Position numbers and translations under genes: made by a program. Under the pieces are notes generated by a model. That model saw nothing but the letters and a program-made list of their open reading frames with translations, was not told the origin of the DNA and did not search any database. Shown here piece by piece: positions 25,483 to 39,015 of a stretch of 64,000 nucleotides of DNA; the stretch's first letter is position 1, and the number at the start of each line of letters is the position of its first letter. Origin of the DNA: Mobula hypostoma (taxonomy: Eukaryota); contig NC_086097.1 of NCBI RefSeq assembly GCF_963921235.1, positions 135,596,001-135,660,000 of the forward strand. Reading direction: 5' to 3'.

Positions 25483-25659
25483 CCGCTGACAAAAGCAGCA
25501 CCATTATTGTCATTAGAGGCAAGATCAACTCTCCCTGTGAGGCTGAAACTCAGCTCTCTAATGCCTCCTAAATTTTTCTTTGTTAATTACTTGTTTAGAA
25601 CGTGCACATTGTTGGAAGGAAGTGATGAGCTGTCTTCCAGAACTATTTAGACTTTCTGG

Positions 25660-26990
25660 TGTGGTGCTCACACTGTGCTGATAACAGAAGTGCTGTCCCA
25701 GGATTTAGACCTAGTGACAATGAAAGCATGGCAATGAATTTATTGTACAAACTTGGATCTACTGTAGGGGAACCTGCTGGTGGTGGTGTTCCAGTGTGCC
25801 TGAAGCCTTTGTCTTGGTGGTAGAGGTTGTGGTCTAGAAGGTGCTGTGGGAACATCCGTGATGTATTTTGCAGGTGTCCATCAACTGTGTGTTGGCGATG
25901 GAGGGAACAAAACGCTTAGGGAGTTGGAAGGGGTGCCTGCCGATCAGCGGACTGCTTTGCTCTGGGTAGTGTTGAGCTAGTTGAGAGATGTTAGATCTAC
26001 ACTCATTTTGACAAGTGTGGTGTATTCTATCAGATTCCTGACTTGTGCCTCATGGATGGTGGAAAGGAATCATTCACTTCCATAACAGGATACTCAGTAC
26101 CTAACATGTAGCAATGGTGATTTATGTGGCTGGCACTGTTGAGCTTCTGGTGAATGGCACAACGATGACGGTGAGATGGATCGGCTGGAGATTGGGTGCA
26201 AGAAGGTGCAGAGAGAGTTAGGCACGGCCCTCTACCACTGACAGCATCAACAGTAGGTGCTGCCTATCATCAGGGACCCCATCATCCAGGTCATGCCTGC
26301 TGCTGTTGAGGGACAGCGGGACAGCTTCAGTCCTGTGACTGTCAGGTTCTTGAAGCAACCTGCACAACCCTAGCTCAGTACCAGAACACTACAGGCAACT
26401 TCTAGCAATATCATAGACTTGCTTCAGCAATTTCTGTCTTGTTTTTGCACATCTTTTTCTTCACTATCTTGTATAATTGATGTGTAATTTTCACATTACT
26501 TATGTTCTGTGTCTCGTTGTCTCAAGCGCCCTGCCTGAGATGCAGCTGCAAGTTTGCATCGTACCTGTACCTCACTGAGCTTGGGCAGATGGCAATAAAC
26601 GTGACTTAACTTGAATTTGTCAATTTTGTCATTAGCTTTCAAATTTAGCATTGCTGAAACAGAGGAAGTTCTCGAGCCTCTTCCTCCAGTTAAATGTGTA
26701 ATTGTTAGCCACTTTAACCAACTGAATGTGAAGGGATTGCAGACATTTGATCTGATCTGTTTTGTTGTAAGATCCCTTCCCCCTGAACATTGCATGCTGA
26801 TTTTGCAGGTTAACGCACATATAGATCTACAGGAGTTTAAGCATGTTCACAGCATGCACATCCACACCTTCATTGAACCAGGGCTGGCCTCCTTGCTTGA
26901 TGATAACGTTAGCCTCGGAAATAGGCTTGCTCACGAAGTTGTGGATTGTGTCGTTCATTTCTGCCGCTGATAGTCCGGTGCATTTCACAA
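25660..26990 (-). mobile_element. Very old CR1/L2-group LINE remnants (25660-26150, 26830-26990), interrupted by a Rex-type tail (~26200-26590, +)
   Basis: Minus-strand TIHNFVSKPISEANVIIKQGGQPWFNE resembles LINE ORF2 xxPWF linkers. 25690-25850 is similar to 29440-29570. Confidence 0.4.
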
Positions 26991-27789
26991 GTGCCTGACT
27001 CTGTGCTACCAGGTTCAGACTATCTCATTTAGCATGATGGTGGTGCGACACAACACAACAGAGGGTGTTGTCACACTTTCCTCTGGTCCGTGACACCACC
27101 AGTGACAATCAGGCCATTTTCCCTGGAATTTATCCTTCCAGCTCCCAGTTCCCCGGCCAGCTCAACTCACTTCTGTTTTTGCTCCATTGATCCTGGTACC
27201 CTTTAATGTAAAATAGTGTTTCGCCCATTCACCTTGATGTAGATGTTAATGGTCCACATACCAACGTAGCTCTCTGCTGTTTCTAGAGACCTTGAGGCTC
27301 TCTAGGGATGCTTCCAGTCACCTCCTGATCAGTCCTCATGCTTAAATTGATAAATTTATGTGGCTTAAATATTGAAGGATTGTCATAGAACTTTAGATTT
27401 TGCAGTTTTTTCCCAGCTCTCCTCTCCTCTCCTCTCAATGACACCAGGAACACAAAAGGAGATGTCCAGAACATTGGCAAACCAGAGGACATTGGTTTAG
27501 GTGAGAAGGGAAAGGGACCTGAAAGGCAACAAAGGGTCATACGTATATCAGATGAGTTGCCAGAGGAAGTGGTAGAGGTGGGTAAAGTTATCATGTTTGA
27601 AAGTTATTTAGACAGGTTCATGGTTAGGAAATGGTTGGAGGGATTTGGGCCAAATGCAGGCACGTAGGACTAGATGAAGGGTGTCAACCTGAAAGGTTGA
27701 CTGCCTATTTCCCTCCACAGATGCTGCCTGACCTGCTGAGTTCCTTCTGCATTTGCGTGTTGCCCTGAATAGGACTAGTCCAGGTATTG

Positions 27790-28330
27790 GCATGGGTTTT
27801 TTGTTTGTTATTGTCATATGTACCAAGATACTGTGAAAAGTTTGTCTTACGCACAGCTCATGCAGATCAAATCGTTACACAGTGAACTCAGTTTGAACAA
27901 GGTACAACAATGACAATGCAGAATGAAATGTTAAAGGTACAGAGAAAGCACAGTTCAGGTAAAGTGCAAGATCATAATGAGGCAGGTTGTGAGTTCAGAG
28001 TCAATCTTATGCAAGAGGTCCATTCAAGAGTCTAATAATCTGTAGGATGGAAGCTGTCCTTGAGCCTGCTGGTACATGCTTTTAGGCTTTAATATCTTCT
28101 ACCAGATGGGAGAAGGGCAGAAGGGAGAATGTTCAGAATGGGTGGTTTCTTTGATTATGTTGGCTGCTTTCCTGACGCAGTGAGCAACAAAGTCTAGAGA
28201 TGGGAGGCTATTTTTTGTGATGTGCTAAGCTGTGTCCTCAGCTCTCTGCAGTTTCTTGAGATCAGTTGCCATACCGAACTGTTATGCCTCCTGATAGAAT
28301 GCTTTCTATGTTGAATGTTGCAGAGGTAAA
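27790..28330 (-). mobile_element. Rex1/Babar-type LINE 3' end
   Basis: ttattgtcatatgtaccaagatac...gaagctgtccttgagcctg...gccataccgaactgttatg. Confidence 0.6.
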
Positions 28331-29334
28331 CTTCATAAGAGAATAGATCTCCTGGTTCACCTAAAGTTTCCGGTTTGGAATCACCCAGTACACAGTTCAC
28401 AATGCACTTGCTGATAAGTCTATGATGGTGGTGACATATTAATCTATGCTGGCAGCTGAGTATTTGAATATAGGCCATTTTGCCAACTCAAAGCAGTGAC
28501 GTAGAAATTTGCTTGTTTTCTCAGAGCAGCACTGTGTGAATTTCTGTTCTGGATTCTCCCATTTTAGTTTCTGTTTGGTACAGTTTGTGGACAACTTGGT
28601 TGACATTGTATCTATCTACCGGAACAACAGCCTTTCCCTCTCCCTGATGCTTATTCAGACAAATGCAGAGTTTTCATCACACCCCTAATGTGCCTTGTAG
28701 ATGGTGATGGTCAATGAAGCAAGCCAAATTGGCACTTCAACCACATCAGAGGGAAAAGAACAGACTCTGGGGGCTTAAATTGAGTTTTGGATGTTTGGAG
28801 ACTCAGTACATATTTATTGAGGCATCAGAGATCCTGGTCACCCACTGGCATCTAGTCAGTGTCGAATGATAACTAGTGAAAAACTGAGAAGGTGACTCCT
28901 CATCAATTAGATGTGTGTTTCCTTTAACTTTGGATAAGCATCACCCTGCAGGCATGTGTATTGGATCTGGCTACAAACCCTGCATCTCTTTAGCTCTTTG
29001 AGCGCTTAATTAACTCTGATGTTGAGCTGAAACATAGAGGTTGTGCCTCTGTTCTGTGTCCAGCAGCTCATCATTATGACTGTCACTTTGCTTACTGTAG
29101 TTGGTTTCTGGCACATGGATTTTTGTCAAAGCCATGACCTAAAGTAATGCATGATAATTTCACTGAAATAAACAAAGAAATCCATTTACTTTCTGGGCTT
29201 TAAGACTAGGACAGTCATTTTATGCTTGTAGGTTTTAACCTACAAACACGTTTTTAATATAAAGCAACTGCAGAACACATTGTTAATGAGCTGGGGTCAA
29301 GACGCTTAGTTGTGCTGATTTTTTCAGAACTCAG

Positions 29335-30620
29335 CATTGGCAAGGCCAACTTTTACTGCCCATCTCCCTTTCCACTCAAACAGATGGTGATGAGATAGCT
29401 TCTTGAATAGCTGTGGGTCTTCTGATGGAGGTTCTCCCATGGTGCAGTGTGGACTTAGACCCAGTGGTGGTGCAGTATTTCCAAGTCAGGATGATGTGCT
29501 CCTTGGAGGGGAACCAACTGCTAGTGACATTTCCATACACCCACCACCCTTATCCTTCTTATTGATAGAGGTCATAGATTTGGTAACGTATTGCTGTCAC
29601 ATGTACCAAATTACAATGCAAAGCTTTTGTTTGTGTGCCATCCAGACAGATCATTCCATACATAAGTACATTGACATGGTTAAAAGGAAAACAATCAACA
29701 GAATACACAATATAGTGTAACAGTTATGGAGAATGTGCATTTCAGAAAGACAAATAAGGTGCAAGAACCAAGAGGAGATAGATTGAAAGATCATGAGTTC
29801 ATTTTTATTGTACAAGAGGGCCGTTCAAAAGTTCTATAAAAGCAGGTTTGAAGCTGTGCTTGAGCCTGGCAGTGCATGCTTTTAAGTTTCTGTATCTTCT
29901 GCCTGACAGTCGAGGGGAGAGGAGAGAATGACCAGGTTGAGGGGGTCTTTGCCAGAGTAGTTGCCACACCAAGTTATGATGCAATTGGACAGGTGTATCC
30001 AGAGGCGCTGTTGAAGAGCCTTGGGTGAGTAACTGTTGTGAATGTTGTAGATGATACAATTTGCTGGTGGGGGAGGGAATAAACTTTTTGGGTGGTGGAT
30101 GGGGTACTGATCAAATTAACTATTCTGTCTTGGATGATACCGACTGAGTGAACTGTTCTGTCCTGGATGGTGTAGTGTGTTTGAAATGTTGCTGGAGCTG
30201 CTCTCATCCAGACAAGTGGAGTGTTCCATCACACTCCCAACTCACATCTTGTAGATGGTGGACAGGGAGTCAGACGGTGTGTTGCTCACTATAGGAACTC
30301 CAGCTTTATTGCGAATGGACGCTTGATGATCATTGTGGACCAGTGTGACAGCTGGTCCATGAGAATCCTATTAAACTTCTGCATGATAGAAAGTATCCAT
30401 ACAGGTTGTGTCTCAGCTTTGGCTGATACCTGTTCTGCTGTGGACCAACAAAACATCCAGAGAGTGGTAAACACTTCCCAGTCCATTACTACCTTGCCAC
30501 TTTCTTCTATTCAGTCTGTCTTTATGGTGTGCCGCATCAGGAAGGCTAACAGTATCACCAAGGATATCTGCCATGCTGGCTATTCCCTTATCTTTATATT
30601 ACTTTAAAATGTTATGGATA
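29335..30620. mobile_element. Cluster of decayed LINE fragments (old CR1/L2-group -, Rex 3' tail -, Rex ORF end +)
   Basis: tatttccaagtcaggatg motif; Rex tail 29575-29995; LNFCMIESIHTGCV...QRVVNTSQSIT at 30360-30607. Confidence 0.5.
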
Positions 30621-30945
30621 AGTACCTCAGCTTGAAAGAAAAGGATAGGAAAGCTAGCCTTGTAAAAGCTCCTCTAAAACATCACCCTGGTGTCAATTAT
30701 TTAATCACAAGGCAATTCTATTTAATGAGTGATGATGGAGAGGAAATGGTTGAGGACATCTCCTCAGTACTCAAACCCTTGCTAACATGAAAAACACCAT
30801 TAGCAGCATGAAAAACTTACCTGGACATTAACTTCAATCCATGTTTCCATCCATAAATCCTTTCTGAGCAGCTGTCTTCAAGTATAAAATTGACCATGCT
30901 CTCCATCACTGGCACCTTGGTCTTTCTCTCCCTTATGTGAAATAG

Positions 30946-32597
30946 GGTGAAATACATGTTAGTAGGGAAGTGGTGTTAGGTAAATTGAAGGGATTGAAGG
31001 CAGATAAATCCCCAGGGCCAGATGGTCTGCATCCCAGAGTGCTTAAGGAAGTAGCCCAAGAAATAGTGGATGCATTAGTGATAATTTTTCAAAACTCGTT
31101 AGATTCTGGACTAGTTCCTGAGGATTGGAGGGTGGCTAATGTAACCCCACTTTTTAAAAAAGGAGGGAGAGAGAAACCGGGGAATTATAGATCGGTTAGC
31201 CTAACGTCGGTGGTGGGGAAACAGCTAGAGTCAGTTATCAAGGATGTGATAACAGCACATTTGGAAAGCGGTGAAATGATCGGACAAAGTCAGCATGGAT
31301 TTGTGAAAAGAAAATCATGTCTGACGAATCTCATAGAATTTTTTGAGGATGTAACTAGTAGAGTGGATAGGGGAGAACCAGTGGATGTGGTATATTTGGA
31401 TTTTCAAAAGGCTTTTGACAAGGTCCCACACAGGAGATTAGTGTGCAAAATTAAAGCACACGGTATTGGGGGTAAGGTATTGGTATGGGTGGAGAATTGG
31501 TTAGCAGACAGGAAGCAAAGAGTGGGAATAAACGGGACCTTTTCAGAATGGCAGGCAGTGACTAGTGGGGTACCGCAAGGCTCAGTGCTGGGACCCCAGT
31601 TGTTTACAATATATATTAATGACTTGGATGAGGGAATTAAATGCAGCAATCTCCAAGTTTGCAGATGACACAAAGCTGGGCGGCAGCGATAGCTGTGCGG
31701 AGGATGCTAAGGGGATGCAGGGTGACTTGGATAGGTTGGGTGAGTGGGCAAACTCATGGCAGATGCAATTTAATGTGGATAAATGTGAAGTTATCCACTT
31801 TGGTGGCAAAAATAGGAAAACAGATTATTATCTGAATGGTGGCCGATTAGGAAAAGGGGAGGTGCAACGAGACCTGGGTGTCATTATACACCAGTCATTG
31901 AAAGTGGGCATGCAGGTACAGCAGGCGGTGAAAAAGGCGAATGGTATGCTGGCATTTATAGCAAGAGGATTCGAGTACAGGAGCAGGGAGGTACTACTGC
32001 AGTTGGACAAGGCCTTGGTGAGACCACACCTGGAGTATTGTGTGCAGTTTTGGTCCCCTAATCTGAGGAAAGACATTATTGCCATAGAGGGAGTACAAAG
32101 AAGGTTCACCAGATTGATTCCTGGGATGGCAGGACTTTCATATGAAGAAAAACTGGATCAACTGGGCTTGTACTCGTTGGAATTTAGAAGATTGAGGGGG
32201 GATCTGATTGAAACGTATAAGATCCTAAAGGGATTGGACAGGCTAGATGCAGGAAGATTGTTCCCGATGTTGGGGAAGTCCAGAACGAGGGGTCACAGTT
32301 TGAGGATAGAGGGGAAGCCTTTTAGGACCGAGATTAGGAAAAACTTCTTCACACAGAGAGTGGTGAATCTGTGGAATTCTCTGCCACGGGAAACTGTTGA
32401 GGCCAGTTCATTGGCTATGTTTAAGAGGGAGTTAGATATGGCCCTTGTGGCTACAGGGGTCAGGGGGTATGGAGGGAAGGCTGGGGCGGGGTTCTGAGTT
32501 GGATGATCAGCCATGATCATAATAAATGGCGGTGCAGGCTCGAAGGGCCGAATGGCCTACTCCTGCACCTATTTTCTATGTTTCTATGTTTCTATGT
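30946..32597 (+). mobile_element. Young CR1 LINE, 5'-truncated, near-intact RT
   Basis: ORFs 30970-31668 and 31565-32497 join across one frameshift near 31648 ([13 protein letters not shown]...SKFADDTKL). Tail attttctatgtttctatgtttctatg. Confidence 0.95.
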
Positions 32598-33344
32598 TAT
32601 CTGTGAACTCTACTCAGCCCAGTCTGGTTCTCTATGTCTGTTGATGTTTGGTTTCAGTCTGAAGATGCCACCATTGTAGATCTGGTTTAAATGAGCAGCA
32701 ATGTACTTGAGGAGATGTGATCTGAAGATGCAGCTTCTTTGAAGTCTTTCCTGCATTAGCCACAGTTGGGCATGTGTTTGCCATGAACTTGCCTTCTCAG
32801 TTTTGTGCTATTCACTGAAGCAAGATTGTATTCTTTAAGTCCTTTCATGCCGAGGGTTAAGGACTGTCATGATCGCACAGTGTGTTTCCTGGATCACTCA
32901 GCACTGTTTGATCAGAGCTGTTCACGCACATTCACAGCTGTAATTCATAAACATAAGCAGGCTTTGGCAATGATCATCGACTGGGCTCAAATCCAGACCA
33001 AACTGAACAATACCTAGAGAAGCTCTTGATGTGCTGGAGTGCACAGTAGTTCTAGATCAAGAGCTGGTGTCTGGGATAAATCCAAGTCATCCACTCCGAG
33101 GCAGCAAGCATTTAAGAGACTGATTAATGTCTGTCTGTGTCAAAAATTGTCACAAGTTCACAAATAATTTTGGATACAAGTACCACATGGTTTGGACTTG
33201 AACCATCTAGACCAGAAGGAGGCTATATTCATGGTTGCCATCATGGGTTGGATGGAAGTCAGAAATGATCAAGAGGTTGTAATTAGAGATGTGCTTCTAA
33301 TGGAGGGCTGTAAAGGTGGAGTAGTTCTATATATTGTATCATTG

Positions 33345-34200
33345 ACTGTTTTGGTCACCCTGTTATAAGAAAGACACCATTAAACTGGGAAGAGTGCAGA
33401 TCTACGAGAATACTGACAGGGCTCGAGGGCCTGAGGGTGGATAGACTAGGACATGACGCCATGGAACATAGGAGCCTGAAGGATGGTCTTATTGTTATGT
33501 ATGAAATCTTGATGGATGTAGATAGGGTGAATGCACACAGACTTTGCCCTAGGAAAGGGAAACTAAAATGAGAAGGCGTAGGTTTAGGGTGAGAGGAGAT
33601 AGGTTTAAAAGGAACCAGAGGGAAAGCTTATTCACACAGAGGGTAGTGCATATAAGGAATGAGCAGCCAGAGGAATTGTTGGAGGTAGGTACAATAAAAA
33701 TATTTAAGTTGATATGTTCTAAGTATATACTATATATATCACCCTATGCTACCTTGAGATTTATTTACTTCCAGATATTCACAGTAAAACAAAGAAATAC
33801 GACAGAATCAATGAAAATCTACACACAAAGACAGACAAACAACCAATATGCAAAAGAAAATGAACTGTGCAAATAAAAAATAAATAAACTAATAAGTAAA
33901 TAATACAGAGAACATGAGTTGTAGAATCCTTGATAGTGAGTCCATAGGTTGTGGTATCAGTTCAGAGTTGAGGTGAGTGAATTTATCCACGCCAGTTCAG
34001 CAGCCTGATGGTTGAAGGGTAATAACTGTTCCCATACCTGGTGGTGTGGGACCTAAGGCTCTTTTACCTCCTTCCGGTGGCAGCAGTGAGAAGAGAGCAT
34101 GGCATGTATGGTGGCCATGATTAAAAGACATGGGGACAGGTGGATAGATAGGACAGCTTAAAGGGATTCTTAAGATGGGCATTTTGGTTGGTCTGGTCGA
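33345..34200. mobile_element. Old CR1 3' fragment (+) interrupted by a Rex-type 3' tail (-, ~33710-34115)
   Basis: RFRVRGDRFKRNQRESLFTQRVVHIRN. The Rex tail matches 47340-47720. Confidence 0.55.
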
Positions 34201-34630
34201 GCTGGGCTAAGTGATTGTTTACCTGCTGTATTGCTCTCTGATTATGACTGTTTGTAAAACTGAGCTCAAGTTCCAGGAAGGGCTCTTAAGAGCGATTCCT
34301 GTATCACGGCATTTAATTTTGGAATACATTTATTGAAAGTTTCTGTCATTAGTTCCCTCTGGTTGTGTATCATATTTTAAAAAAACTGAAACACAAGCGC
34401 TCATGTATTTTGAAAGGCAGTACAATAGAAACTGTGATTTCCTTGAACACTGGCCTCCACTGAGACCGTCAGTGCTCTTGGCATCTAATACCCATGCAGT
34501 AAAACTCAGAAAGGTGAAAGCAGTCCTCCAAGTCCCCTGCTTATTCGCGCAATCTAATCTAAGTTGTTCTTTTAAAAAAAGTAAAATATATTTTGTTTTC
34601 TTTTTGCCCCTTTCATTGTGATATCCAAAG

Positions 34631-34680
34631 ATCAAATTTTGAAAATCTGGAGTCTTTATTTTTCAGAATCTAATACAGAT
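34631..34680 (+). other. Candidate small exon (50 nt from 34631, or 14 nt from 34667)
   Basis: ctaat branch-like site, long U-rich tract containing TGC, AG at 34629-30 or 34665-66, and a consensus GTAAGT donor at 34681. Lies in non-repetitive sequence. Confidence 0.25.
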
Positions 34681-36734
34681 GTAAGTGTTTTTGGTTTAAC
34701 GACAGAGTGGCTTCTTATATTGTTTTGTGTCTTTCATTGTGCTCTCTTAATTCCTATAATTCCTCTGGTCTCTTTCTTCTGATTTATCTGATTAATTTAA
34801 ATGTAAGTTATACTTTTTGATTCGGCTTCATGGTTAGACGGCATGACTCAGTATCATTGTCCAGTCTGGTTGGTTGTAGAGGCAACTAGTTGCTTGACCT
34901 GCACACTGTTGCCAATAATCTCCTATAGAATGGCAACTCTCAGCTTCTTGATACCAAGTGTGAAAACAATACCAAGCACATTAATGAGAGTATTGGAAAC
35001 AGGAATAACAAATTGAAATACTGCACAGCTGCCTCCCTTCAGCTATTTGGTTCCTGAAGACACTGGCACAATCTTAAAAACTACCTCAGTATAGAAACAT
35101 TATAACCACTTTGACAGCTCTATATCACAAAGGATTCGTTGTTTTAGTTCTAATTGTGTTCTATCATGGAAAATTTTGTATAATTTATGTTTCGCTTGTA
35201 AATGTTGCTGCTATGATGCAACATGCCCACAATTCTGCAGCACGTAAGGTTTTCGTTGCACCTGAGCACATATGCATTTGTGCATTTGACAATAAATTCA
35301 GCCTTGACTTTCAAGTTATCATTATGAGGAGAAATTGTCTCGCTGTCCTTGCTTTCCTTGGAGCAGAGGACGCTGAAGGGAGATTTAATAAAATACCTAA
35401 CACTTTCAGTGACTTAGTACACATGCTTATCATCAACAAAAATGCAACAAATTGAGGTATGGAGTTGTTAATTGGCAAGAGTTGAGCAAAGTTGATGAAA
35501 AGTTATTTGACTCAATCAGTGATGAGGGTCTGAAACTTGCTGTTGGTGCCAGAAACACACTGTACTAAATAAACTCCTTTCTCGGCTGCCGTGGTCCCAA
35601 TACCTCTATTAGGATTCAAATTTCTATGACTTAAGTCCTAGGTCCAATGAAGGAACCTCACAAATTTAATGGGGTAAACTGGTTCTCTCATTTATTCAAG
35701 TACAATTAGACAGAACAGAATATTTTGGGTTAAGTTGTCTTACTAATCTTTGGCACAGAGTATTATTGTTGGAATATAATTGCAAGAAATAGAAGTTTTG
35801 AAGAAGTGATTTTCAAGGCTTTAAATAACTGTAAACCTTCTTTTCTGGAGCTACTTTACAGTAATTGACAGAGATCGATTGTCAGGATAAGTCATCAACT
35901 CTTTTGTTGTTGAGTCACATGATGCCTTCATCGGTAGATGGAACTTAATTGAAATCTCCAGTGAAGTCAAGGGGAATTTTATCAGTTCAGACAACTTTAG
36001 TTAGTATCAGGTGATACGGATCATTGGGTTTGAGCCAGTTGCTCTGGTTGAGTAAGCCAGCCACAAGATTTGATTGTTGGCCACTGTACATCTGTCTGCA
36101 GCTGGACCTTGCTGGGTGGAGCAAGGACAACACAGGCCAGCCAGCAGGAGATTCGTCAGCACCTCCTGCCTCCCTAGAGAGTGCAGCCAGATCAAAGGCA
36201 TCTTACAGGATGAAAGGAACAGAGAGACCAGATACAAATAGTTGAGGGAATGGATAACAAGAGGCAGAACCAGTTGTGGGAGAAGATGAGCCTGAACATT
36301 CTGAAATGAGGCAGTGACCTTATTGCATTGCTGTGGTTTAAAACAAAATGAAACATTTATCATGTTGACATGCATAAGACAAAGATCAAACTGCTTGGTG
36401 ATTTTCCATTGAATTTATATGTGCATTAAATGTTTAGTGAAAAGGTGTAGCATGCCATCAATGTACGTCACAAATTAAGACTCACACTCTTTGTGGATTG
36501 ATCTTGGAGACAACAGAATTCTTTTGAACGATTTCATTGTACCCCTGCACTTTACAAAACCATTGTGGATTAATACTTTATGACAAGACTTATCAAGCCC
36601 TCTACATCACAAACTTACAACTGTTTTAGATTATTCTTGCTACACATTTTGCTCTCTTAACACTGTTTAATCCTTGTTTTCAAGCCACGGTTGAAATGCG
36701 TCCCAAAAAGTGGACATTTCTTAACATTTTAGCT

Positions 36735-37612
36735 TGTTACGTACCCCGTAACTGGGTTGCCAAACCAGCAGAAATGGATCACTCAGTTGGAGTCTGGATT
36801 ACTAGAACTAAGAAAGTTTTATTAAAGAAACAAGCAACACAGAACTCTAATCAAAAGGATAATGAATGCAACAGTTCAGCAATGATAAACATACATGTAC
36901 ACAGAATTAAGACAACAGGATCAATCAAGCTCTATCGTTGTCTAGGGGTAAATGACCAGTTTCAAAGTGACGCAAAGTTCAGTTCAATTTAGTTCAGTTC
37001 AGTTCGCAGTAATGGCTGCCGTGGGAGATGGACAGTGTGAGGGGAAGGAGAGAGAGAGCAAAACGAATGAATATTCAAAATGGCTTCCACACAGACCTTC
37101 GCAGTCAGCTTTCGGGCGAGTCCTTTGTGATGTCATCTGAGGTCACCGTCCGTGACCCCTCCGTTTCCAGATACGATCGTTTCCCTGCGGTGAACCTGGC
37201 ACCCAGGCAAGGGTGGACACACACCAGGTTCCCGCCGATCGTGCCTTTCCACCCTGTGCGTCAATGGCCTGGTCCCGCAACCGGCCTTCCAAAACTTCCC
37301 ACCGACTTGTGAGAGACGCACCGCTTCCAGGGTCTCGTTACCTCGGGGTATCGTGTGTGTCCTGCCTTAGCGAACCTGTCCCTTTTTATCCCCCTGCTGG
37401 GGTATCACCTGTCCATCACTTCAAACAGTTCGGGGTTCAAAGGGGGAGCCGATCTTGACAGCTCTCCTTCCCCTTCATTAACATCTCCAAATGCTGCTCC
37501 ATTGTTTTCCTTATCTCTCTCTCTCCTGAAGACAGGTGGCAGACCAACTGCTGATCCCACTGGTGCCAGCCCAGGCCAGCTAACATCTTAATCTATGTGT
37601 ATTCTTGTCACA
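36735..37612 (-). repeat. 3' LTR (878 bp)
   Basis: Direct repeat of 40783-41662 with termini tgttac...gtcaca. Minus-strand AATAAA at 36818-36823. Confidence 0.95.
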
Positions 37613-37624
37613 CTTCCCCATTTT
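37613..37624 (-). other. Polypurine tract
   Basis: Minus strand aaaatggggaag directly abuts the TGTGACA start of the 3' LTR. Confidence 0.85.
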
Positions 37625-37730
37625 AAGGATTTTTACTGGGGTAAAAATTACAAACATGAATACATTATTTGATACACACAAATATACATCTTTATCAGCT
37701 ATTTGGCTAATACAGTGAATTTGAAGTTGT

Positions 37731-39015
37731 CAACACCTGACAGACAGTCAGCCATCACATTTTCTGTTCCTTTTATATGTGTTATTAATAATCCCTTAGA
37801 CCAGGCTCCAACTTAGCAAACTTCATAGTGGCCAAAAACACTGATGAATTGCGATCAATGTAACCTCTCCTTGGGTTTCGTCCCGGACCACAATAACAAG
37901 GGTCGTCCCATTCCGACTTAGTTTTCTCTCGCAAGGGCTTAGTAGGAGGGGGAGGGGTAGTAACCGCAGAGTTATTGCAAAACTTCCTACAGTACCCCAC
38001 CATCTCCAAGAGCCTTCTGAGGGCCCTCTTGTCTGTCGGGGTTGGGATGTCAAAGATAGCCCGCATTTTAGCTTGCATCGCTGCCAGCTGCCCCTGTGTC
38101 ACTACAATTCCCAGGTAAGTGACCTTCGTGTGGCCGAACTCATTTTTTTCAAGGCTCACTATCAAGCTGGCTTCAGACAGCCGTATTACATCGCCAATAC
38201 ACACCTCTGTGTTCGTCAGCCCTTTAGTCACTGAATTACTCATTCTATATGGATGTTGCTCACTAGGCTGATGTAGTGTAACAAGCACCAGCCAACGTCC
38301 CAGCTCTTTACATCGCCTCGGGACAATCAAACACACGTGTGCGAGTTGTTTAATTACTTCTCCTAAAGAGTCGCTTTGTTCGGGGATTAAGGGAGAGACC
38401 TTATCAGCAGAGCTGGCCAAAACAATAGCCTTCTCCCATCTGGTCGATACCATACTCATCTTTTCAAAATGGTTTTTTTCTCTTATCAGGGGGACCCTAG
38501 CTTCATTGATTTCCACGCTAACACCGACTAGGTTTGTTAGCATATCAAAAGCCTGTGACCGTCTCAGTTCGCGTCGGCCATAATCAATAACATCCTTCCT
38601 CCTGGGCAGCCGGTAAACCTCTTTCATGATTCCACCAACTGTTCCCACCAGCACCGCAAAATGTCCACCGGGGGGTACCTTGTGGGTCAGGTTAAAAACC
38701 TCATCCCCATAACTCTTTTGCACCACCCCCCATTCCTCATCTGCGGGTACGGTACTTGGTTTCCCTTTCTTCCTTAGCACTTCCTCCTCCACACAATAGC
38801 CTACTGGTTCCCTTGTTAATTCTGTGTCAGAGAGAGCTGTCTCCGCCAAAACCATCAGCCCCTTGTCTCGCTCCTGTGCCTGCACAAATTCTTTCCTGGC
38901 TAATGCTACGTCTGTCTCAGCTCCCTCACTACCTCTTGTTTCACTACACTCCTTCTTTTCATTTTCTACCCCCGTCTCGTACAAGACTGGCAGAAACGTC
39001 TCAGCTAAATTTACT
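37731..39015 (-). pseudogene. Condensed pol remnant (integrase Zn-finger region, RT N-terminus and thumb, RNase H end)
   Basis: FVQAQERDKGL; LTHKVPPGGHFAV...KDVIDY; QHPYRM; CIGDV..RLSEASLIVSLEKNEFGHTKVTYLG...LRRLLEMVGYCRKFC; and, after a frameshift, ITHIKGTENVMADCLS. Confidence 0.85.
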
